Translations under genes and position numbers: made by a program
In this document: piece by piece, positions 23,996 through 35,547 of the stretch
Layout of the letters: every line of letters starts with the position of its first letter
Position numbering within the stretch: position 1 is the first letter of the stretch
Assembly: GCA_010015805.1 (NCBI GenBank)
Contig: ML978121.1
Span: 496,001-560,000 of the forward strand
Direction of reading: 5' to 3'
DNA: 64,000 bases
From: Rhizodiscina lignyota
Lineage: Eukaryota
Notes under the pieces: model-generated
What the model was told of the DNA's origin: nothing
The model's database searches: none
What the model saw: the letters and a program-made list of their open reading frames with translations, nothing else

Positions 23996-26245
23996 TCAAC
24001 GGATCTCAAACGTCCGGTATTGGTGATATTTCCCCTTGGAGGCATTCTTGATGTCGAATGCTCCCCCCATCATCATGTTGTGAATGTAGCACTCCCCGAT
24101 GAATTGGTAGTGTCGCTTTCCAGTCTCCCCGTCTCCCAATTTCTTTCGCCGCAGCACCACTGGCACGCTACAACCTCCGAGGATGCAGATCAGATCGCCT
24201 TTTCGAGTTGCGACTGGCTTCGACGGCGCGAGGCCGAGGAGGTCATATCTTTTGGTCCTTGTAAGCTTGCGGCCCCAGATGACTGATTGCACGCGTTTGA
24301 TGTAGCTCTCCATGACAGAGCTGTTTACGCGCTCGATCACCTGCTCCGTAGCAAGGTCGCCGTGCTCAACCTTTTCCCGAAATGTTTGATGACAGGCAGT
24401 TTGGTAATAGACTTGAGGGTCGCGGCCCTGCTCATCCCTGTCTGCTACCATGGTGCGCCAAAATTCGTCTGCTGGAGCTTGCTTAAGGCTCTTCCACCCT
24501 CCAAAGGAGGTCCATTCGTCCGGAATAACACCAGCAACGGCGGCATCAAGTGTCTCCTTGACAGAGTCGAGGATGAATCCTTTGGCCGTCATGAATTGCC
24601 GATCCACGTCTCTGCTAAATGTCCACTCGCCAGGATAGCTTCCGGAAGCATTGTATATCTTCTTCCCCGGCATTCCAACTAATACGTCGGCGTGTTTCCG
24701 GTCCGAGTATCCATCCGAACGTACGCCGTATGCTGCTTGCTTGGAAGTGAGGATGAAACTTGGTAGATTTTTCTCTTCGTCCACAGGAGCCCACGGCCGG
24801 CATAACATGTCGAGCGACTTTGACTTCTTCGTTATAAAATCGAGGAAGTCAATGCAAGCCTCATAGAACGGTTTCTTGTAGTCGATGGGGAATTTCTCGA
24901 TGTGGAATTTCTGTGCCACACGGAGAGCTACCTCTCGGTCCTGTTTGGTCATTTTGTGGGCTTCTTGAGCCTCACCCGCCTGCATGGGGACGTCGTCGGG
25001 AAGATCTGCTTTGCTCTTTGAGAGTTCCAATTTGGCGCACGCTCCGGGTACATCGTTAGCCAGCGACAGGACTGCGTAGATGATATCGTGCGCCCTGGAA
25101 GCTTTAAAGGGCGTCATCCTGGATACGAGAGCCTCCAGGCTTGATCCCTTCTCGAGTTTCAAGCTACCATCTGCCTTGCGGGAGATGCGAACGAAATCTT
25201 TGACGGCGTTGACAAGCTTGCTGGCACTTAGGGAGGAGACCTCGCCGATATAATTCGGATGATTGCCGTACTTGTTCGCCTCTTTGAACTTCTGCCGAAC
25301 GCGAGGAGCCATCTGCTCGAATAATGCAACAGCATCTGCAAAATGGGGCCACGGTATCTCCGTTTCAATATCCCCACAATGAAGCGTAGCTTCTCGCGCC
25401 AACGCGATCTCTTGGACGACCCAACGTCTCGAAAACCACTCCCGAGTCATGAGATTGATGAAGGCGACCCATTGTTCACAGGTTGTTCCCATTTCCACGA
25501 CATGGTTGAAGTCCTTTAATAGTCTTATGACCTTGATCAAGGACATAGCCAGACAACCACTATCATCTTCTTTCTCCCTAGGTTCGCCCAACCATACACA
25601 GACCTTCGTCGCGTCGTTGTAAATCTTGGCCATTAGAGGAACTTGATGATTCCTCTCCATATGATCCTGCTGGTCAATACACACGGCGTCTACCCAGAAG
25701 TATCTTGGATCGTCCTGGTATCGGAGTTTCAATAATGCTGCCAGCAAGTTTGGAGTAACTCTGAGCGTATCGGAGCCCCCGTCTTTACGTCGTATGCGAA
25801 TCGTTGCACTACGCTTTCTGTCTCCCCAGACATACGAGAGAGCTTCGTAAGGTTGGTCGTTCGCGCGGACTACGAGGCTACAGTCGAGATCTGTGGGATC
25901 TGAGCCGGGATGGACGACGAGGAGTCTTATTGCACCAGGCGGTAATCGAGTGTATTGATATCGTTTCTTACTTTCTTTATCTTGGTGGTGGGACTTGGTC
26001 GGGGACGGTTCCGTGGCTGGTGTACTTGCTCCTGTACTGATCAACTTTTCGGGGATCGTATCGAGTCTGATGTTCGAGACTTTGCTCCGCTTGGAGGGCC
26101 TTTCTTCAGACGAACTGTCGTTTGACAGGACACCATGGCGAACCAATTCTTCTTGTTCTTTGACGCGTTTTCGCCTCCGTTCAATGGTGCTCGCAGCCAC
26201 AGGGCTAAAATGTCGGTCGGATCCAGATGGGGGAGGGCTGATCAT
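23996..26245 (-). CDS. HET-domain (HET-6-like) heterokaryon incompatibility protein; an additional upstream exon is possible
   Basis: YEALSYVWG, YFWVDAVCIDQQDHMERNHQVPLMAKIY..A.KVCVWLG, WFSRRWVVQEIALA. HET-6-like C-terminus GDLICILGGCSVPVVLR...FIGECYIHNMM. A pyrimidine tract plus CAG lies just before the ATG. Confidence 0.9.
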   Translation of the reverse strand: MISPPPSGSDRHFSPVAASTIERRRKRVKEQEELVRHGVLSNDSSSEERPSKRSKVSNIRLDTIPEKLISTGASTPATEPSPTKSHHQDKESKKRYQYTRLPPGAIRLLVVHPGSDPTDLDCSLVVRANDQPYEALSYVWGDRKRSATIRIRRKDGGSDTLRVTPNLLAALLKLRYQDDPRYFWVDAVCIDQQDHMERNHQVPLMAKIYNDATKVCVWLGEPREKEDDSGCLAMSLIKVIRLLKDFNHVVEMGTTCEQWVAFINLMTREWFSRRWVVQEIALAREATLHCGDIETEIPWPHFADAVALFEQMAPRVRQKFKEANKYGNHPNYIGEVSSLSASKLVNAVKDFVRISRKADGSLKLEKGSSLEALVSRMTPFKASRAHDIIYAVLSLANDVPGACAKLELSKSKADLPDDVPMQAGEAQEAHKMTKQDREVALRVAQKFHIEKFPIDYKKPFYEACIDFLDFITKKSKSLDMLCRPWAPVDEEKNLPSFILTSKQAAYGVRSDGYSDRKHADVLVGMPGKKIYNASGSYPGEWTFSRDVDRQFMTAKGFILDSVKETLDAAVAGVIPDEWTSFGGWKSLKQAPADEFWRTMVADRDEQGRDPQVYYQTACHQTFREKVEHGDLATEQVIERVNSSVMESYIKRVQSVIWGRKLTRTKRYDLLGLAPSKPVATRKGDLICILGGCSVPVVLRRKKLGDGETGKRHYQFIGECYIHNMMMGGAFDIKNASKGKYHQYRTFEIR

Positions 26246-28335
26246 ACTGAAAGAGATGAAGAGACAAAATAGAGGAATAATATGCGCTGCGAAGGAGAAG
26301 CAGGTACTGCCGCACGACAGCTGTCTTTAAGATAATCTGGACTGAATAGTTGGGTTTGGGTAGGAAAAGCTCATGGAAAATAAAGAATTTCGCCCATACA
26401 CAACGCTGCTAGCATATTTATGGAATCGATAAGAATGAGGCGACTATGCGATAGCCTGACACGGCAGCCTAAGGGGACATGAAAGAGGAGGCAACATAAA
26501 GATGATCAGTGGCGGATGAAATCGCATAGCGGGCGGAGCAAGTCCTGCGTACACCACCTATGAGCAGAGCCTCAATTCTTGAGCTGAACGACGCTTGCGC
26601 CCGTTGCCTTACCTATGGTCTCGTCCAATCTGTCGAATGGATGAGGGGTACCCTGCAACGGCCGAGACGTGGTGGAGGTGCATCATGCAATCTCAATGGA
26701 TATGTACGCCACATGGGGCGTCCTTCTTGTAACCAAACTTCGAGGCTACGCCGGACGGAATTAGGGACCTGATATGAGCGGCTTTGTCATTTCACCCGAA
26801 GATTGTCTCTTTCTGAATTGTTCAACGTTCCTTGGTGTCTAAATCGTGGCTGGCCACAAGGATGAGGCCGTCCCTACTTTCAAGAGTGTCCTTCAGCTGT
26901 GCATTATCCAGTTGAGCTTCACGACGCTCCTACAAGTGCTGTTCTCGTTACTTTGGATAATCGATACAGCTTGCTAAGGGAACGACATGGCTGTGCATCA
27001 TTCTCTCTGTGCCGGCCAATGCACAGCCGGAACAGCTCTCATTGAAAGAACGCGAATTCGTTTCGATTAGGACACGTGAACCAGAGTGGTAGACTCGTGA
27101 TGGGGTCGAAGTACAGGGCGTAAATGCGCAGGGGCATTGCGAGCTGCGTCAATCCGATGCAAACTGCCTTCTGAGCGGCAAAGGACGTCGACAGGATGCA
27201 GCAGGTCATTATTGTTGCACCCCTAAGGGCCTCATGTGCCTCGAATATTGATTTCGCTCTTCTCCTGCTGCTGGTAGCCTCGAGACACTTGTTCTGCGTA
27301 ACATTAGCAGTCGCAGCCTCGCATCGGGGTAACTGCATAAGACCTTGAACTCGCCCACCCTCTAGTTAGGCTGGATCCGCGATGGAATGGACGCGTTTTG
27401 ATCAGGCAAAGCCACCATCAATGGGGGCCAATGGCAGCCACACTCCTTCATGCGCCATTCATTGAGTGTGTGACCTTCTAGTCTTGGCAGCCTTGCTTGA
27501 CTGTCCATTTCCGTCAGCCTCACCACAGATTCAGTAGTAACTCCAAAGCAATGCTATAATCAGGATCGAACGAAGGTGTAGAGGCTGATGCCGCAGTTCA
27601 TGTCTTGCGTTCAGCTCAGATTGATGAGGATTCACTTCGTTTGATCTACGTCCGTAAGTTTCTTAAGAGCGATAAAGCCGTGCTGTTCTTATGTTCAGAG
27701 GGGATGTTTGGTATTCAAGTGACAGCAGCTGAGTACCATCTCCATCTTATCCCCATACATACCGGAGTATTTGATGGCACCGTGCTGCGGAAACACGTGC
27801 GGAAACGCGCTTTGGAGCTGGAGCTGCGAGTTCAGGAATGTCGCGCTCTTATTGCTTGTCTTGTCGTCGCTGGCTAGGTGAAACCGAATATCGACCGACT
27901 GCCGCGTTACACTTCCGAAATCTGCAAACGCCAACGTCTCCAGGGTCATCGTTTGCTATTTCTGGCAGTTGCCGACCATGCGAATCAAAGCGGCCGTCAA
28001 ACATGGCACAAGAGGAGAATCGGAGCGTTGGCGTGTATGGCGGTCTTTAAAGTCCGCTTGCAAGCGGTTAAACTCCGATATCTCGCATGACTCGCGTGGC
28101 CAGTGACGTTTTCGAACGGGAATGCTTGCAGGCGCACGTCGCGTAGCGCCGTCCGGGGAGCTCTGGCAGCTCGATTGCAATTAATTCTCAGAGCTCGCGA
28201 GCTTGTCAATTGACTGCCGCTGATTTTCTAAAGTACTATATAAGCGCGTTTCCCCGTCGAGAGTGCTCTCAAAGTTCAATTGACTTGCGAATTTCCTTAT
28301 CGGCAACCCGGCAAGCTCACAGACCAGACGCAAAG

Positions 28336-29713
28336 ATGTCGAACCTCAACATCGTCGAGAACCCACAGGTGGAATACAACAAGTAAGCTCCTTTTATATC
28401 CCTCAGAAACTGCGCCCTTTGGCAAGCAATTTATCGCCGGCAACTGTTTGCTGACATGTTCCTTAATCAGCCTGGGGAAGTCGGGTCTCAAAATCAGCAA
28501 GTTCATTGTGGGGTGTATGTCATACGGCACGCCCAAATGGCAAGGATGGGTCCTCGATGAGGAAAAGTCTCTCCCACTGTTGAAATATGCGTATGAGAAA
28601 GGAATCAACACTTGGGACACTGTAAGGATTTCAATTGAGCTTTCCTCCGTCTCATCTCTTCCAAGCACCTGGAGTTGGACTTCTAGTGGGAATTGAGTTT
28701 CCCTTGGAATTGAACCTTCAGTGGAATCAAACCGCTCTCCACTCACGACCTCTCATCAAAAGTTGAAACTAACTGATCCCCCTCCCCCTCCAGGCCGACG
28801 CCTACTCCCAAGGCCAATCCGAGATCATCGTGGGCAAAGCGCTCCGCCAATTCAACATCCCGCGCGAGTCGCTCGTCATCCTATCGAAGTGCTACTTCGG
28901 CGTGTCGCCGACGGGCGACCCGAGCATGTCGTTCGCGGTGGGCACGCAGAACTCGGGCTACATGCTGAACCGGGTGGGGCTGTCGCGCAAGCACATCATC
29001 GACGCCGTCGACCGCAGCGTGGAGCGGCTGGGCACGTACATCGACGTGCTGCAGATCCACCGGCTGGACCGCGACACGCCGAAGGAGGAGATCATGCGCG
29101 CGCTCAACGACGTGGTGGAGAGCGGCAAGGTGCGCTACCTCGGCGCCAGCTCCATGGCCGCGTGGGAGTTCCAGGAGCTGCAGTGGATCGCCAAGACGAA
29201 CGGGTGGCATCAGTTCGTGTCGATGCAGAACTATCACAACCTGCTGTACCGTGAGGAGGAGCGGGAGATGATTCCCTATTGCAAGGTCCGTATCCAGCTA
29301 AACGCAACCCTTTGAAACGGGGGCATGTCCACTAACTTCTCCCGCAGGCCACAGGCGTCGGCGTCATCCCCTGGTCCCCCGTCTCCCGAGGCGTCCTCTG
29401 CCGCCCATGGGACTCCCGCTCGTCGCTGCGCGAAGAGTCGGACGGCTTCCTGAAGAACAACATCCGGACTTCGGAGAACGAGGTGGACAAGGAGATCGTG
29501 GACCGGGTGGAGGAGATCGCGAAGAAGCGGGGTGTAAGCATGACGTGCGTCGCCATGGCGTGGAGTCTGAAGCAGGGCTACAACCCGATCATTGGCCTGA
29601 GCAGCGAGAAGAGGATCGACGAGGCGCTGGAGAGCGCCAAGTATGAGTTGAGCGACGAGGACGCGAAGTATCTGGAGGAGCCGTACCGGCCGAAGACGGT
29701 TAAGGGACATTAA
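28336..29713 (+). CDS. Aldo-keto reductase (aryl-alcohol dehydrogenase/YajO-like) (introns 28383-28470, 28622-28793, 29286-29347)
   Basis: LGKSGLKISK..VGCMSYG, GINTWDT|ADAYSQGQSE, GLSRKHI..AV..SVERLGTYIDVLQIHR, GKVRYLGASSM, QNYHNLLYREEEREMIP. TATATAA at about 28237. Confidence 0.93.
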
Positions 29714-30805
29714 GCGTGGCTGTTGACCAGTCCGAGGGATACCAGTGGCAGAAAAGCGGTTGCGCTCGTGAGAGAGACGAATCAAGGCGCAAGTAGATAT
29801 ACCAAGGCACCGAGGAATTGAAGAAAAGTTTGTATTCAGGGCTTAGAAAATCCCGTTGATAACTACACATTTGGGCTCGCCATCGCAAGACGTACTAAGC
29901 TCTTGACGGCTCCCCGGAGAAGAGAAGCATCAAAATCGTTCCAGGTCTTGGGCGAGGTAGAGAAAATAAGCCCCTTCCTGCCTTTGAGTCGTATCGTCCC
30001 ATGAAACTTCAAAAAAATACCACTGTAGACAATCGCTTTTCATCAGCATCGTCCATCGTCACGCGGCTCCACTGACACCTCAACTCCGCAATCATTCATT
30101 CCGCCATTGAGCCGTATCAACATACAACATTGCAGGGGCCATGATGCCGTCATCTACAGGAAGGTGAATTCCTGTATGTTTAGAGAGAGAGGGGGAGGGA
30201 GAGAGAGAGGGAGAAAAAGAAAAGCATCAAGACCATCATCACCGCTATGCCAAAAAATAGTTCAAATCAACATCAGCCGTAAGTCCGTACCTCAATTGTA
30301 AAACAAAGACAAAGGGAATTCGTCAATGTATCGATCGGTCATTGCAGGGCATGAACGCCATCGCACATCGTTGAAGGTCAAAGTGAGAAATCGGCAAAGT
30401 AGATGAGAAGACGCAGATAAACAAAGTGGTATCATCGTGTACCAGCCTTCACCGCAGGCTTCCAGAAGTGAAAGGGTCCACAAAGAGGAAATAAAAGTTC
30501 CACAGAAACACAATGTTCGAAGGAGAAAAGAGTGTGGGTGTATCCGTGAAGCTTTCGATGTGCAGCTGAAACTTTTTGAAAACCGCCTAGTTGCTTTTTC
30601 GTATACGAACGCCCGAAAAAGGAGATCTAGCAACACCTGTGCTCTACGCAGCGGCGACGCGGAAGGATCTTGTAGTTGCGAAACGGAGATAAGGGTCAAC
30701 AGCAGAGCGGTATCGTGCGCGTTTGTCAACTCTCGCCGTCACAGTGGCAGGCAATGGCTTTGGAGTTGAATCTGCTGCTGAATTCGAGCCTCGAGCCGTA
30801 GGTAG

Positions 30806-33326
30806 TCAACTCGCGCCGGCGCGGATCACGAGTTTACTGAGGAATTTGTTGCTCAGGCTGTCAAAGTCGTTGCGGTCGAACTTGGCCTCGGGGCGCTGCT
30901 TAAGGTATTGTTCTGTTGGGAGTCACAGTCAGAGGCAGTGTCCGTCTTGCGCACGGCAAAACAAAAATTGATTAGGAAAAAGAAGAGAATAACTCACCAT
31001 ATTTCGAAACATGTTGGCGAACCTCGGTCATGGCATCGCACACTGCAGGGTTGTGGTTCAGCATCTGTGCGTGCTTGCGGGTGTCCCATTCGGTGAAGCT
31101 GGGCAGCTTGGTGGAGATGGCCTGGAAGAGACCGACGATGACGCCAACAGGCGTGCTCTCCATGTCATTGCAGAACTTCTCGACCTTGGCCTCGTCTGGC
31201 ACGCGGTAGCGGCAGTCGAATTGCATGAGCTCCCAAACGGCAAGCAGCAAGCTTGCGAGCATGAAGATGGTAGGCCAGTGCCTGAGCTTCTCGCCAGAGT
31301 AGACGGAGGAGTAGAGCTGGGACAACTCCTCGAGGATGTCCTTCATGAGCTCACGCCACATCTCGGCAAGAGCCTTCTTGATCTCAAAGTTGATCATGAC
31401 TGGTGCGCACGTGGCGCCATACCAGCGAGAGTTGGGGTCATTGATGCGGCCAACTTGCATCTCGTCCTCAGTGAGGCCCTTGACAGTGGTAATGTGAAGA
31501 GTAAGCGTATACGCGAGGACGAGCTTAAGAGCTTTGCGGATGACGGGTGCATTAGTCTTGAGCCAGTAGCGGTACGCCGTCTTGAGCATCTCGGTGAGGA
31601 ACGGTGTGCCCTCAAAGTACTCGTCAACGTACTTCTCAAAGCCGTAGTCGATGTAGTTGTCGAGGTATTCGGAGAGGACAAGATTCGAGACGCCACCCAT
31701 GCCAGCAGATAGCTTGTTGGTGGAGACCTCGAAGGCGATAGGCTTGGGGTGCAGAGTCTCGATCCAGTCAACACCGAAGCACTTCTCATCGCGAACGTAG
31801 ACCTCGCGAGCCATGAGCGGGAATTCGAAGCCATATCCATGGCTAATCATCAGCCTCCTCTCGATCTGGCTGAAGCCCTTGATGTTGGCAATGCTGAAGC
31901 CCAAAGTCACGTGACGCTCGTAATCAGCAGTCCAGTCCTTGACGAAATATCCAATGTCCTTGATGTCAATACGGGTGCAAGGAACTTGCCAGAGGCGGTG
32001 ATGAGAAGGCTGGCAGCCACCACATGGATCGCCCTTATCGCAGGTCTTCTTGAGATACTTGCACCTCAAGCACGCACCGACCTTGCGGATCTCGTGGGCC
32101 TGCTGGCGCTGCTCTGGGCGGAGAGGGCCCTTCCGACGGCCAACGCGGCGCTCTGTGGGAGATTTATCGCCTTTGGCACCAGTGGCGTTCTTCTTCTTGC
32201 CAATGACCTTAGCAGAGACGCCAGTGGGGCTCTTGCGGCGTTTGGAGGAGGGAGAAGCGGCACCAGAGGAAGCTGGGGACGTGGATTGCGAAGTAGCGAC
32301 GACAACACCCTGTGATTGTGAGAAGGAAGTGTTGACCTGCGGATGCATTGCCATGTTGTGATATTCGTTGTTGCCATGCGTGCCATGTGTAACGTTCTGC
32401 TGTTTCGATTCACCGCTCGACTCGGGCTCTGGCGAGGTCATGGGGAAAATCTCATCGTACGAGCCGTATGAGTGTGCGGAGAGTGGGACTTCGGACTGAT
32501 CTGAGGATGACGAATCGGTGCGGATGTGAAGGGCTTGCGGAGATACGACGCCGGAGATGTTGTTCTGTGGGAGCTCGGTAAACTCAAAAGAACCGTGAGA
32601 CGAGGAGAGGTTGACAACCGTCCAACCGTTGTCGCTACGGCCGGGAGACGAGTACTCAGCCCACTGCTCACCGGGCGACTGGCTGGCGATGCTCGATGGA
32701 GCGATGCTTGTGGTAGCGGCTTCGGCGGAGGAGATTGGGAAGCCGTTGAATTGCTGCTCGAAGCTGTCCATGGCAAATGCCATGTTGTTCATCGCTGGCT
32801 GCTCCATGGCACTCGTCATGGGCTGGTAGTAGGTATTCGAGTCGAAGGCGAGGCTATTATTGAGTTGGGCTTGAGTCGTTGCGGTCATGAAGTCGTTGAT
32901 CGGCGAGGTCTGAAGCGGCGCCCCGAACGACCCGCCATACGAAGTCTGCATGTTGTTGTTCTGGAGAAAAGACTGCTGAGCGGTGGCCTGCATCTGGAAC
33001 TGCTGCCACTCGGCGTTGCTCGTGGCCATGTTCATTGCTTGCGCGTAGCCGAAGCCAATGTTCTGGAGGGCCGGAGCAGCAGAGGTCGCGATGGTGAGCG
33101 ATCGCTGAGCAGCAGCGGTGGTTGCATTCTCGTTCGAGCGCCTCGAGTCGCCGGGCATGTTGAGGTTGCTGGCGCCGGCGTGCTGATGGTGCTGGTTCGA
33201 CATGTCGAGCAGCGGCCAGGTGCTTGCTTGGAGGAAGGAGTAGCGGTGCTGCTGGTTGTCGTAGACCTGAGGCTCAAAGGCAGCAGAGAGCGGATCTGCT
33301 CCTTGAGATGGATCGAGAGGATCCAT
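30806..33326 (-). CDS. Zn2Cys6-like transcription factor with long Q/S/N-rich N-terminus (intron 30913-30997)
   Basis: RKVGACLRCKYLKKTCDKGDPCGGC...VPC six-Cys cluster preceded by basic NLS-like segments. Last exon EQYLKQRPEAKFDRNDFDSLSNKFLSKLVIRAGAS*. Confidence 0.85.
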
Positions 33327-35547
33327 TCTCGGTATATTCTGATCTTTTAGTGTAGACACTCAGACCAGCTGACAAAGTTGAGGTTAAGGCAGTGCAGTTG
33401 CAGCGCGACGGAGGTTGAGGCGAGGTCGAGAGCAGTATCACACCGCACCTTTGCCGAGTGCGATGGATGGAGGAGAAAAGCGAAGATCGGTGATGCGCTC
33501 GGGGCTGGCTGCTGCGGAGGCGAGAGGCAAGCAGGTTGATGGGAGATGCAGTAGCAGCAAGCAAGCAAGCACGCCGGGCCCCGTGTGAGAGCGCAGAGAG
33601 GAGTTGGGCGATGGTGAGGGCGAGGCAGGGCCCAGTGAGCGTTGCAGTTGAGGGCAAAGAGTCGGTGAGCGGTGAGCGAGTAAAGGTCACGATTCGCTTC
33701 CCGCTTATGCGCACGCTATCACGCAACGACCCGATGCAACGAGAGCGCGCCCGCCACCCAGCGCTGCTTGGGGATTATTAAAGAGGCGACAATGGCAGCC
33801 GAATTGCAGCGACGTCCGCCTGCGCTGCCGCTGCCACTCAATGCTGCTTTGCACGTCTCCACGAACTGCTCGACGCTGGCAGAGGCGTGCGGGCGTGGAG
33901 GGGCTGGCTCTGCGCCCGGTCCCCGCCAACAGCCAGCGCAAGTAGCGGTGGGCGATCGCGCCGAGTGAAGCGCCAGCAGAGGATCCCTTGGCCAAGGCAA
34001 GACGCCAGCGCCAATGAGACGCGCCCCCGGCGATCAGAGCGTGAGGTCCCTCAGATCTTTCGACCCTCACCGTGCGCCGGCGTGCTGCAGAGCATCCGCT
34101 GGCAGGAGATGCCCATTGCGGTGCGCCTCTCGGACGCGCCCGCGACGTTGAGCCCGCTTGGGAAGTGCTATTCCGATCCCTATATGCAACGCCCGCCTCG
34201 CAATCCGTTATACAGAGGCTGGCGCTGCGAAGTAGAGGCCAGCGACGTGTCGAGCGTCTGGATAGCCGCGCAGCCCATCACAGCACGCCCTGCCCTCTCC
34301 GCATGACATGAGCTGCCATCTGCTCGGTCGCGATGAGGTCGAGATCCGGCACGCGTGTAAGTCGTCAATTCACGATGGGACCCTTGCAAACGAGCGTCGA
34401 GGGCCGGCTCCACGGCTCCCGTCGTTATCTCTCCCAGACAGACCGCTTGAGGGCACACGAAATGCTCGTGTCAGTCTTCATGAGGCAATTGGGGAGTGGG
34501 CGCCAAGCGCAAGCCCGTCAGATTCCTCTCCAGTCCTCTGACCGCAACGTCGCACAGTGCATGGAGCGAGTGTGTGACCTCGATCCATGTACCTTGCCCG
34601 CTCTATATTGGACGCTGCCCGCTAATCATTGTTCGTGCCGCGACCCACGCAACGCTCGGAAACGGCGGCCTCGTCATCTGATTGCACCTGAAATTTGCAC
34701 CCCTGCGCGCTGCTGGACGCTTGACGCGCATCTTGCACGGGCGACACGTTCCTGGCCTCGCTCTCGCAGCGCCTCTTCCTCACTCCGCGCATTTGCCGAG
34801 TATTGGCCCGCTCACTATACACTTGAAAAGGCAGCGCCGTCCACCCGCTGGAGCTGGATTGATTGCTCCTTGCATGGAGGATGCTAATGCAATTCTGCAA
34901 CACCGCGCCTGGGCCTGGCGGCCGTCCCACTTCTATTTTCGCGCGGGGTTCCGTGCCACCCGTGCTCGTGGCCGAGACAAGCCGTACGTACTAGTCACGT
35001 GCGAGCGTGTCCACTATGCTTTGCAACGGAAGACGGCAAGGAGACTTGAATAAGATATGTACATATGCACTGTGCTTCTAAATGACATCTGGCTTCCATG
35101 ACAAAGAAAACAGGTGCTCGGTAGCAAAGGGCAGCAAGGAACTCCTGGGAAATGCTCGACTGGAAAACATGCAACACCGATTATGCCGGGGAATAAGGCC
35201 GCTTCGTCAACATGCTGGTGAAAAGGATTCGAAGACAGAAATTAGAAAAACAGCCTGGGAAATGCTGTCCCGTAAACGTGTCGTGACCGCCATGTAACAG
35301 AGCTATAGCCTCGCCTTCGCATAGGACATGAGCCAATTAGCCAATGCAAGCAATATTGACAGACGGAAAGGAAATCCTCCTTAACGTGACACTGGTCGTT
35401 GAAATTGATGCCGAGCCGTAATTCGTCACCGCTTAGTATGGGGTATCTAGGTATGCAGCCGTTTCGAGTCTTCACCGCACCGAATGTGAGCATTGCTCCC
35501 GCGCGCGTAGCATCCGCGCTAAACAAATAGCTGAACGCAGGCGAAGG

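Noticed and set aside
26300..28250. Short ORFs between the HET gene and the aldo-keto reductase
   Set aside because: No recognisable homology or gene structure.
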